From: Nitrospirales bacterium
Lineage (GTDB): Bacteria > Nitrospirota > Nitrospiria > Nitrospirales > UBA8639
DNA length: 64,000 nucleotides
NCBI GenBank assembly: GCA_965203295.1
Contig: CBDBCZ010000018.1
Coordinates: 1,664,001-1,728,000 of the forward strand
Reading direction: 5' to 3'
Made by a program: the position numbers and the translations under genes. The notes under the pieces were generated by a model that searched no databases, was not told the origin of the DNA, and saw only the letters and a list, made by a program, of their open reading frames with translations. Positions 12,308 to 23,800 of this stretch are shown here, piece by piece (position 1 is the stretch's first letter; each line of letters begins with the position of its first letter).

Positions 12308-14661
12308 TTACTTTCCTTTAGGTTCAAAATCTGATTTCAACTAACGGAGCCGTTCTTTGTATTGCTCAAGGTCCTTGATCATCTTCTCCAACTGACAGGC
12401 CTATTTAGAATTGGACCCCTGACCTGTACGATACTTGTAGATGTCATATGCACCTTTTACTATCACGAAGAGATCGAGTGGAACAGCAACAGCATCGAAA
12501 ACGACACCTGCAACACTAAGGCCACCAGCGACTGTTCTCAGACCGGTCCAAGCAATCCGAGTTGTTGGAGCAAATCGACCAGCTTTAATGCCGATCCTGA
12601 CGGCATCTATACCTGAATCAATCAGTTTGTATCCATCATAAAGTACTTTTATGACTCCGCCACCTACAAAATACAAGTGATAACAAAAGACTTATAAAAT
12701 TTTACAAACTTAATTTTATCACTAGCTACTACATAACATCATGGTCATAATTATAACTACACAATGTCATGTATAATCTGTAAGAAAATGGCTATTGGTC
12801 CAGCAGTCCGGTGGTTGATTTTTGGGTTAGGGTTAGAGTTTTAGGGTCAATCAAATCTGTAACTTGCTACAGGCATGCTCCATGCCTTCATAATTCTGCA
12901 GACCCCTGCTTCAATGCCTTATACATAAATGTCATGGACTATATACAACAACTATTATCTCTCTCTCATTCTTCAATACATGTACATGTACTATACAATT
13001 CTTGGGGGGAGACATACTATTGCTGACACCTTAGATTCGTGATTTTAGACCGGTGTCAGAGTCGTCAGTGACTCCCCGGTAACGCACGCCTAAGGCTGTA
13101 ATGACTCCCCGTTGGCAGATATGACTTCCCCCATACGGTACGCAGTACAAGTATATAGACTATCCTCGTCAGTATGATGTCATTATTGCATAATCCAGGA
13201 AATGAACCCAGTTTGATTGCTATCTGACACATGTTCTCCATGTTTTTGTCAGTAAAGCTGTAACAGTCACAATATAATCTTTTGATAAACGGCGCTAGCC
13301 CTCCGCGGCGTCACAGAATAACCGCACTAACTCTACTAACCTAGGCGGTGTAGTAAGCCTTCCTTTGCATGTGATACACTTGTCCAGTTCTCAGACCCTT
13401 CACCTTCGGGCCCAAAGCGTGACTGACTTCAGAGTTAATTTCTCTATTTTTCCCTCGCGATTCTGACACCTTGGTTGCCTTTGGAGGCAAAATCCTGTCG
13501 TCTCTTGAGTGATGTTCCAGAATGACTGAAAGACGCAACGAGGCCTCATCAGGAAAGCGCTTGTCCCCGACAGGAAATACGCAACAGCAGGCTGCTAAAC
13601 GCCTAGTCTCGTGAACTAGCCCACTTAATTTCCGCAGTGCCGATCGCTCAATTAGTATGCGGCCGAAAGCGATCGGTGCTGAGGATCAAAGTAGGCTGGC
13701 TCGCGAGACTACTAAACGCCCACCACGACGAAGAGCAGATGGTAAAGTACCCCACCGCCCTCGCGGAGACAGTTGGTATTCACTAGTTTGTTTGTAGCTC
13801 ATTCTTTACGGCTGCCTACCACGTTTTCGCCATCTAGGCAACAAAACACTATCTTCATTTGCTGTAGTTTGGCCTACAAACCTCCAAAAGCTGCTATACA
13901 TAGCGCGAGGCTATCCTATACACTGCAGTTGATAGTAACATTTTGCGTGCATCGTTTCCCCCTCCCTTTTAGGTCACGCGGAACTTCATCAATCACCGCT
14001 AGGATACGCAGCTTGTCGGACCTCCTCTGGGACAAAACGAATTGCTTAACCCCGCTTGCGTATACGCGCGTGGGGTAAAAAAGTCTATCACTATTTTGAC
14101 TACTAGGGACGGCCGGACAGGACCAAGGTCAGTGTATGTTGAAAGTATACATATTACCACTCACTTCTCGAAATCAATCCATAAATCCGATCTTTGAAAG
14201 CTGGATACTTGCGATTCAGCTGTGAAATAGCTGTGGCCAAATCCTTACTTGTTTCACAAACAGTAGAGGACAATTCTTTGTCACGTTTGATCACCCTTTC
14301 GGCTGTCTTCATCTGCGATTTAGATACAAGCCAGTCACCGATGTAAGCACCTCTCTGTCACACCGCCACCTGGCAGCTGCAACAATTGATCCCGCAATGG
14401 TGAGGCCTAGGCTTGCACCAAACGTTACGAAGCTCAACCCAAAGCCAATGATGGCCATGGTACTACCCGCAACAGCAGCAGATGCACCACTTACTTTTGC
14501 TATGGTGCGATATGGTAACTTTCTTCAATTGTCTTTTGAATATCTCTCAGGGTGGCGAGAGTTCCTGCTCGGCTATCCTCCCATTTGGCAATGTCTTTTG
14601 ATAGTTTCTCTGCTATTTTAGTAGCACTATGAAACCTATCGTCCTTTATTAGATCAGACAT
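12308..14661 (-). pseudogene. Apolipoprotein L-like gene, two exons (14661-14165, 12663-12308), disrupted
   Basis: Exon 1 IAKVSGASAAVAGSTMAIIGFGLSFVTFGASLGLTIAG (APOL membrane hairpin); exon 2 AGVVFDAVAVPLDLFVIVK plus coiled-coil tail. GTGAG...TTGTAG intron 14164-12664; gccATG with TATATAA ~30 nt upstream; premature TAG at 12401-12403 and indels in exon 1. Confidence 0.85.
13604..13711. mobile_element. Short palindromic MITE with TAGTCTCG termini and 9-bp TSD, in the APOL intron
   Basis: tagtctcg...cgagacta flanked by ctaaacgcc at 13595-13603 and 13712-13720. Confidence 0.85.
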
Positions 14662-17554
14662 GGCCACTACTAAACTTTATAGCCGTAGCTTATATATTTT
14701 TAGCCTGACTTGCATGCAAACTGGTCGATTTATAGGGCCTAGTAAATCACAATTTGCTTTGCCACAAGAGCCAGTGCGCCTTTTATTACACAGCTACTAC
14801 ATTATGTATATAAGATGACTACAATTGACAATGAATTTTACAAAGACAAAGGGTGAATAAAGTAATTTTATTGCCACTGATGTCATGTCTGTTGTGCTAT
14901 TTATAGAACACATCATCACTCTGAGACAAGGAAACTGTGTTTTCTCAGGAGTAAACTTAAGTGTTAGGCTGTTAGCTGTTCTAATTTCTTACCCTGATGC
15001 TGTTGGTGTTACCACCCCCTCTCATGAGCTCCATGGATTCACTTGTTAGGCTACTAGTATAATAACTACGCTAAGTCCAGCCAAGTGAGACTAGGGAAAT
15101 CATATGAATAGGGTGTCTGATATCTGTGCATTCATTTAGCCCTAACCCGTACTAGTTCACCCCATTTTAATCCCATAACCAGTACCCCTAACCATATTTA
15201 AATGTTGCAAGCAGAATGGATTCCAATGCCATCTACATTCTATTTCATGTGTATACCTTTACTTCAGTTGGTGTTCTCTTAATAATAGATTCCTGTTGGG
15301 GTTAGGTGAACAGGTAAAGTTGAGATGATGTTAAAGCAGCTACTAATGGAGAATAAAGAATAAGAAAGCTCATGTGGGAGTGACAGTGAAAGTGTAGTGC
15401 ACTGTATGACTTCATTCATAACAGTAACAATGCCACCACTCAATCTCGTGTTAGAGTCTGTTGTTTTTCGACCTCAGGCAGACTCTACATCAAGTTGAGT
15501 CTGCATGAGGTAGAAAACTAGATCCACAAACCACCAAGTCCATATTCACATGAAGTTGTGTTTAAGAGTGTTTAAGAAGAGGCTTTCCTCTATGCTGAAG
15601 CAGTTTTTTGAGGGGCGTGTACTTACGTAAGAGGTTGGGCTTGTTAGCTGTGGTATATTTAAAAGGTTAAAAAGTATATTTCTGACAAATGCCAGTAAAG
15701 GAAGTCCCAAGCTAGAGCTAAATCTTGACTGGTCAAGATGATGCATGGATACCGATTGCCGTGAAGAATCCAGGGTGCTTGCTACCCTTAATGATAGTGG
15801 CCTAAACCACAAAAGGTTAATCGTTCACAAGGTTACTATAAAGGATGACCTCATGGGGTAGCTCACAAATAATAGCTTCATAAATTTGCAGTACGAACAC
15901 ATGACAGCTATACGGACTTCCCTTTTGTCAGTCGTGCACTGTTGCTGTTCACATGTCAAACCCGTGATAAAACCCGCTGTTGCTGCAAAGCCCTGTATGA
16001 TTACATTCAGACTGTTAGATAGTGAATGAAATTAGCAGTTTCACAGCCACTGATGCCATGGCTATTGTGCTGTTTAAAAGAACACATTGGTCACTCTGAG
16101 ATGAAGAAACTTTGTGGAGCATTCTCAAGAAACAACGGAAGTGTTAGTATAGTTGCTTTAGCTAGTCTAAGACACCAAATAGGAGATGAAACCATATATT
16201 TGATTCTCAGTTAATTCATTCATACAAGTCATGTATTTCTTGGTTATATCTATATAGGTCTTTTCTGTTTTCTATTTTCACTTGAAGCAGACGATCATGC
16301 AAAACATCCAGGAATAGCGAATGCAATACGTATAATTATCCATCTTGCCACTGTACTGATGTATTGACAGGTATAGATTATTTAATTATTAATTACCTTC
16401 TGTACATGGCTAACCATTCAGTTACAATAACTAGTACCTTGCATGTAGTACGTACCTGTACCTGTAACTGCCTCTTTAGATATGTACTTTGAACTTTTGA
16501 ATTATGAAAAGTCATTTTACGTAAATGATGAGAAATCCTGTATATATCTCTTCCCTGACATGACTTACATTTTAATTAACAGGCAAGTCATACGGAGCTA
16601 ATTGAGTTACACGAGAGAAAATGGCAATACAATCCCTACTCCCTACTTACAAGAACATGAACCCACTACATGTTTTAGAAGAGCAGCCAAACTAGCTAAA
16701 TGGATTCCAATATTCCAAAGAAGAGGTCTACTTTTAATTTTATAATTTGTTCTGCAGTAGATTCCTGTGGAAGGAGGGAGGGGGTAGGTGATCAGATACA
16801 GTAAACTTTAGAGCAGCTACTAATACTCTGAAGAAGAATGAGGCAAAATAGATACTCTGTCTTTCTTGTGTTGCAGTCCAGTTGATCCAGTACCCTATGT
16901 GAAAGCCTCTCATTAATCATCGTAAAATGCTAACCGTAGTACTTTGTGTCTTATTTTTGCTAGTGTCAATGTGATGCTATACTTAAACTGTAGTGGCTAC
17001 CATTACTGTATATACTAACTGAAACTGCACAGCAAATTGTGCAAAGGTGTGATATGGATTCGCCCTTAGAATTGTTTTTCAGAGCACCACAATGGGTTAG
17101 TTATGAATAGAGTATGTCATAAGATTACAAGTTCAGCAGCTTCCTGTGGGGTAGAGCTATACCTTCCATCTGTACAATCAAAATATCTCTACAGCAAAAG
17201 CTGTAGAAAGAACACACCTCCTGTGAATTGTTCTTAAGGATAAACCTATCGCCTCGGGTAAACCGTCTAGCGGAGTATATCTGCGTTTATACTCCTCGTA
17301 GACGTGGTATATCCGGCTTATACAACATTTGACCAATCAGTGGAATAGGTACCTAGAAACGCTGGGCTAGCATTCCCAGAGGCAGCAGTTATTTACGATG
17401 TCATAATACATGAAAACATAAAAGTAGTATAATAAAACATGAAAACATAAACGTGTCATATGATCCTTTATACTCCGCTTCTGCTCCAATCAAACACCTT
17501 GGATGTGATGTAATGTGGTATAAAGCACAAATATACTGGCATGATCTAGGTATA

Positions 17555-17639
17555 GCTTAGAGCTTGGGCGGCTATGTTCTAACTAGGCCGAGGCGAAGCC
17601 GAGGTCTAGTTAAAACATAAAGCTGCCCATGCTCTGAGC
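17555..17639. repeat. Imperfect long hairpin with GGCCGAGGCGAAGCCGAGG core (copy ~58858-58942)
   Basis: Arms gcttagagcttgggcggctatgttctaactagg / tctagttaaaacataaagctgcccatgctctgagc. Confidence 0.75.
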
Positions 17640-18053
17640 CATTTAGTATATGCACATCTTCAGCTTCTTATGCTCTATGGGATTCTTACTATACTCTATA
17701 AATTATTCCATACACTTGTTACTATAGAAACATGAACTAGTGAAAGCATTAGTCTACAATTCCAGGAAAAGGAAAACTGACTGTGTAAGTAATGAAAATT
17801 ATAGCTTATGATCTCGTGGGGTGATTCACACCATCATATGCCATATCATAGTCATGCCACCAGGACTGCATGAAATTTTTAGTGCACGAGTGTGCCAGGA
17901 ATTCTATACAGTCTGCAGGTAGCCCTAATTAAAATAATAATCTAATCATAATGAAGTTGTTGTAATATACGTATGACTAAAATTTCATGTAGTAGTAATG
18001 TCTGAAAACTTTGAGCTTGTAAAATATGTTATAGGTCTACTTGTATTTTGAAG

Positions 18054-18390
18054 AGGGCAAGTTGTAAAAGCACTCTTGATCTATGGTGGATACAAAGTAA
18101 TTGATTCAGGTATCAAGGTCGGCATACAAGCAGGCAAATTTGCTGCAACAGCTTGAATCACTCGAACTTGTCTGAACATAGTAGTCCATAGCCTTAGCAA
18201 TGCTGGTGTCGTCTTTGATGCTTTTGCTGTTCCATTCGATCGCTTAGTTCTAGTAAAAGCTGCATATGACATCCACAAGTATTTTTACAGGTGAGGAATC
18301 ACTACAAAGTGATCAGTTGGAGAGGCTGATCAAGGATTCTAATAAGGAAAACAAGAGCTTCAGTTGAAGTAAGCATTTAAATCTGCAGAT
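18054..18390 (+). pseudogene. Degenerate APOL-like exon 2 paralog (copies ~22404-22740, ~27840-27916 partial, ~28018-28350)
   Basis: YGGYKVIDSGIKVGIQAGKFAATA*...AGVVFDAFAVPFDRLVLVKAAYDIHKY aligns to exon 2 at 12663-12308, with a similar ttgtattttg(a/t)ag acceptor. Confidence 0.85.
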
Positions 18391-19039
18391 AGTAATGTGA
18401 TTTTTATACATGTGCGTATACATCAAAGTTGTATCGATACTGTCATATGTATTTGATTCTACTTTTAATGTGTGAATACGTGTAAATATGCTACTATGGG
18501 TTGTTTACACTTAACTTAGTTGCATCATTTTATCAATGTTTTAATGAGCTTATTGAGTAATTTTGCTACTGGTACGTACGTTTGACTTCCTATTCAGAAA
18601 TCTCACACTAATAAAGTACTATACAGACAAATATTTCAATACTGTATAGAGGCACTGAATATTAATTGCTGTCCATTTTATCCCAGCACTATTGGCACAT
18701 TTGAAAATTATTATCCATCTTGCAACTGTATTTTAGGTAGTCTTGTTCTCAAGCCTTCAACTAGCTTCTTTTTTTTGCAGTCCATTTTTTTGCACTGCAA
18801 AGCTGAATGAAAGCCTGGGACTGAGGCTCCATTTTAGGGTCATTAATTAATGGGTGTTTAGCAGAACGAAATCCTGAGAGGCAAAAGTTGCCTTTCTACG
18901 AACAATTCCATAGTAATATGCTACATTAACACAAAGTGTACATGGTATGCTTTTAGTAAGATTAGTGAACTGTGAAAAGTAAAGGCAAATACTGTATAAG
19001 AGGTTTGCACATGTAATATGCTTCAGGTTATATATTCTG

Positions 19040-20830
19040 TGGATACTTATGGGCATGGCTTGTGGTTTAAGTAAAAGGAACTTGGGTTAGGGATAGGATG
19101 TGGAGAGGTATTAAGAATATGTATTACATCACACAGAGTGCTGTATTATACTAGAGGGGGGGAATTCAAACCATTTAGTATATAGGACAGGGAGTAGCAC
19201 AGGGTTGTATTACATACGTATGTCGCCTATCCTTTTTTTCCAATGAGTTGTTAGTAGGGGTTGAGGACAGGGAGTAGCACAGGGTTGTATTACATACGTA
19301 TGTCGCCTATCCTTTTTTTCCAATGAGTTGTTAGTAGGGGTTGAGAAGGCTGGGATTGGCATTATTATTAAGAAAGATGTTAAGGTTGGCAGTCTAATCT
19401 TTGTTGATATGATTAGACTGCCAACCTTAACATCTTTTCTAATAATAATGCCAATCCCAGCCTTATCAACCCCAACTAACAACTATGGACTTACAAAAGT
19501 TGTTTAGTGTAGTACAGGAGTTTTGTAATAAATGGAGGTTGAATATCTAACGTAAGAAAAGAGTGCTGTTATGGTATTTCCTAAAGAGGTTAATACAGGT
19601 GCATGTACATGGAGGTGGGTGATAAAGACATTCCAGAGGTTGTAAGTTACTGTTACTTAAGCACTGATAATAGTTTATGGGATAATCATGTGCAGAAGGC
19701 AATTAATAGTGGAGAGAAAAACTTAATCAATTACATAGGTTTTTAGGTAATAGGATTATCAGTACAGTTGCAGGAAGGATAATTATTGTTAGTTTCAATA
19801 CTTCACCCTACTTTAGAATAATTATGGTAGTGAGGTGTGTGCTTGTAATAAACGATAAACAGCTTTCTTAGAATTTATACAGCTAAGAGCAGCTAGAAAA
19901 ATACTTGGCTGCTCTTCCAAAATGTGTAATGAAGCAGAAAGGGGGGATATGGGGTTAAAATCTTTAAATGCAGGAGGGATAGGTCAATAATTTAGATGAT
20001 GAGAGATATGTATAGGTTATACGACGAGGGGGAGGTAGTTACTCGATTTATTCACCGAGTGCCGAAGGCACGAGGTGTATAAATCGCGTAACTACCAACC
20101 CCGAGGCGTATAACCGACTTGTACCATGGGCATAGCAACACTGTTCCGTAGCAACGCACTGCGTTACTATAAAAGTGTCAGTAGCTACGAAGCTTAGCGA
20201 CAGTGGATTCTGCTGCAAATGTATACCGACAACTGCGGTTTGCCTACTGCCTTCAACCAGTTCCGCCGTTCTCGCTATTCTCAGTGAGTACCAGCATCAA
20301 CTTCGTCCTATAACGGTTGTACCTAGCTATCGTTTCAACGAGAAGATACTCACCCGTGACCAACGGCGCTCCAGCGCTGCTTAGTCTCGTAGCGTTGCTA
20401 GTGTTGTACTCGTCTTAGCTCCGCCCTACGCTCCACCTACCGAATTGTTCGTTCGGACCCCACTCTTACGTCATTTGTGCATAAGTATTATGTGTCGTAC
20501 TCTTGATTGTAAGTCATGCACGCTTGCTGCCTCATTTATGTCTGCATTATCATTATAATAATATGACTTCCACATTATACTGCTGGTCTATATTAAACAA
20601 CATGAAAATAGCAGCCTTAAGTCATACCCTCAGGGCCAGGTGAATAAGAACCCAGACAGGTGAATAAGTGATTTATTGACCTGTGAGCAGTGAATGTGAT
20701 TGGTCTGTTTAAACAACCATGGTACAACCTAGATTACTAGACAGTGAGTGAGAAGTAAAACCATATAGAGAGAGGTAGGGATAGGAAGACCTGGGGTTAA
20801 TTAGAAAGAGCTGCTACTATGCTCTGAGGT
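19040..20830 (+). mobile_element. LINE RT fragment (same family as 5030-6815) with 80-bp tandem duplication, fold-back inversion and a nested hairpin element; repeated in array unit 2
   Basis: QGVAQGC..SPI.F, EKAGIGIII.KDVKVG; similar to the reverse complement of 5030-5300. Confidence 0.8.
20010..20727. mobile_element. Giant-hairpin insertion element, 718 bp, no TSD
   Basis: Empty site gagagatat|cctagatt at ~24357 and ~26160. Hairpin 20015-20115 centred on GTGCCGAAGGCAC; ttgtaccatgg (20119-20129) is the exact inverse of the terminus ccatggtacaa (20717-20727). Confidence 0.9.
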
Positions 20831-23800
20831 AAAAAAGTGTTATATGTCGCAGTGATAGTTAGAGTGCAATGCCCTGTATGACTACTTATAACATTATCAC
20901 CAATCTCGTGGTTGTTTTGCACTAGACTAGCCCATTACTTCTGAGCCAATGAAACTACAACACTTTCTGAGATAATATGTTTTGCCCCCCCCCCCCCTTG
21001 AGTTGCAGTCCAAATAATCCAGTACCCTATGTGAAAGCCTCTCATTAAACGTCGTAAAGTGCTAACTGTAGTGCTTTGGTGTCTATAATTATAGCTTATT
21101 TGAGTCAACTGCACTCCCAAGTGTACAGGTTATGGGTGAGCAGAGACATGAGTGAGCATAGAATATGATATGGATGAGTAGAGGAATAAGTGTATATTAA
21201 TTGTTATGTACAACCTCAGGACAATGCAAACCTTGTGAATGTGCTGTAGTCTTTGGCTGTAGTGTGTCTCCTCTGAGCTATACATTCCTACGAACACACT
21301 TTACATGACCCTGTAGCTACTTGCTAGTGTCCATGTGTATACTAATTGAAACTGCACAGCAAATGGTGCAAATGTGTGATATGGATTAACTCAGAACACC
21401 ACAATGTGCTCTTGGTTGAACAGTTTTCAAAATAACTTTTCAAAAAAACTTTCGAAGAATCCATGCTGGTATGTGGGAACGGAATTGGAGCAGCAACATC
21501 AGCTGATGGAGAGAGAAGCTCCTATTCTTGTGTGGTAGCTGCCCCAACTACATTAATTAAATGATGCAGCATATTCGTGAGTCCCCCTACATGAGGTTAT
21601 AGGCAACACCTCTTTAATTGTGGAGTAGCTGACAATCAGAGAACATTATTGAATGGTGGTGGTTGTGCACTTTCAATTTTCAAGAGTTCAGCTAGTCCGG
21701 CTACAGTAACCTGAAGTGCAAACAACAATTCAGAAGGAAGCAGAAAGGTCCAAACACAGTCAAGAAGATCACAATTTACAGTGAATTATTAAACCGGCGG
21801 GAAAAGCCGCAACTTCAACAGATGGTTATTAACTTTTTCTCAGCATTGTTGTATGAATTTGCTTGTCAGTTCTGTAGTTGTATTGATTACAATTAGCTTC
21901 TCATTAGGCTCTGTAATCTACTAGCTGTCTGTTATGTCACTATGATTTTTCAACTAAGTCCTGAGCTAAAACCATTTTCCAAGGAAGTACAAACTATGGT
22001 TTGAAAATTTGACAGTGATAAATCCACACAACTTATACTACTTTTCTATATTAGCTTACTTGCTCTATTTGTATAGCACAAATATACTGGCATGAACTAG
22101 TGAAAGCATTAGTATACCATTCCAGGAAAAGGAAAACTGACAGTGTAAGTAATGAAAATTATTGCTTATGATCTCATGTGGGATGACTCACACCATATGC
22201 CAAATCATAGTCACACCACCAGGACTACATGAAATTTTAAGTGCACGAGTGTGCCAGGAATTCTATACAGTCTGCAGGTAGCCCTAATTAAAATAATAAT
22301 CTAATCATAATGAAGTTGTTGTATGACTAAAATTTCATGTAGTAGTAATGTCTGAAAACTGTGAGTTTGTAAAATATGTTATAGGTCAACTTGTATTTTG
22401 AAGAGGGCAAGTTGTAAAAGCACTCTTGATCTATGGTGGATACAAAGTAATTGATTCAGGTATCAAGGTCGGCATACAAGCAGGCAAATTTGCTGCAACA
22501 GCTTGAATCACTCCAACTTGTCTGAACATAGTAGTCCATAGCCTTAGCAATGCTGGTGTCGTCTTTGATGCTTTTGCTGTTCCATTCGATCGCTTAGTTC
22601 TAGTAAAAGCTGCATATGACATCCACAAGTATTTGTACGGGTGGGGAATCACTACAAAGTGATCAGTTGGAGAGGCTGATCAAGGATTCTAATAAGGAAA
22701 ACAAGAGCTTCAGTTGAGTAAGCATTTAAATCTGCAGATAGTGATGTGATTTTTATACATGTGCGTATGCATCAAAGTTGTATCGATACTGTCGTATGTA
22801 TTTGATTCTACTTTTAATGTGTGAATACGTGTAAATATGCTACTATGGGTTGTTTACACTTAACTTAGTTGCATCATTTTATCAATGTTTTAATGAGCTT
22901 ATTGAGTAATTTTGCTACTGGTACGTACGTTTGACTTCCTATTCAGAAATCTCACACTAATAAAGTACTATGCAGACAAATATTTCAATACTGTATAGAG
23001 GCACTGAATATTAATTGCTGTCCATTTTATCCCAGCACTATTGGCACATTTGAAAATTATTATCCATCTTGCCACTGTATTTTAGGTAATCTCGTTCCCA
23101 AGCCTTCTATTAGCTTCTTTTTTTTTGCAGTCCATTTTTTTGCACTGCAAAGCTGAATGAAAGCCTGGGACTGAGGCTCCATTTTAGGGTCATTAATTAA
23201 TGGGTGTTTAGTAGAACTAAATCCTGAGAGGCAAGTTGCCTTTCTACGAACAATTCCATAGTAATATGCTACATTAACACAAAGTGTACATGGTATGCTT
23301 TTAGTAAGATTAGTGAACAGTGAAAAGTAAAGGCAAATACTGTATAAGAGGTTTGCGCATGTAATATGCTTCAGGTTATATATTCTGTGGATACTTATGG
23401 GCAAGGCTTGTGGTTTAAATAAAAGGAACTTGGGTTAGGGATAGGATGTGGAGAGTTATTAAGAATATGTATTACATCACACAGAGTGCTGTTTTATACT
23501 AGAGGGGGGAAATTCAAACCATTTAGTATATAGGACAGGGAGTAGCACAGGGTTGTATTACATACGTATGTCGCCTATCCTTTTTTTCCAATGAGTTGTT
23601 AGTAGGGGTTGAGGACAGGGAGTAGCACAGGGTTGTATTACATACGTATGTCGCCTATCCTTTTTTTCCAATGAGTTGTTAGTAGGGGTTGAGAAGGCTG
23701 GGATTGGCATTATTATTAAGAAAGATGTTAAGGTTGGCAGTCTAATCTTTGTTGATATGATTAGACTGCCAACCTTAACATCTTTTCTAATAATAATGCC

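Larger units (their letters stand above)
1..17875 (+). repeat. Segmental duplication, copy 1 (runs off the left edge of the window)
   Basis: Colinear with 42827-59179; ORF translations recur with offset 42826, then 42227 after the internal 598-bp duplication. Similarity ends at ...caggactgcatgaaa. Confidence 0.97.

Noticed and set aside
12823..12847. Telomeric TTAGGG-like repeats
   Set aside because: Only about three imperfect units inside an intronic repeat.
13530..13560. CTGATGAG on the minus strand as a hammerhead core
   Set aside because: No stem II followed by GAAA downstream.
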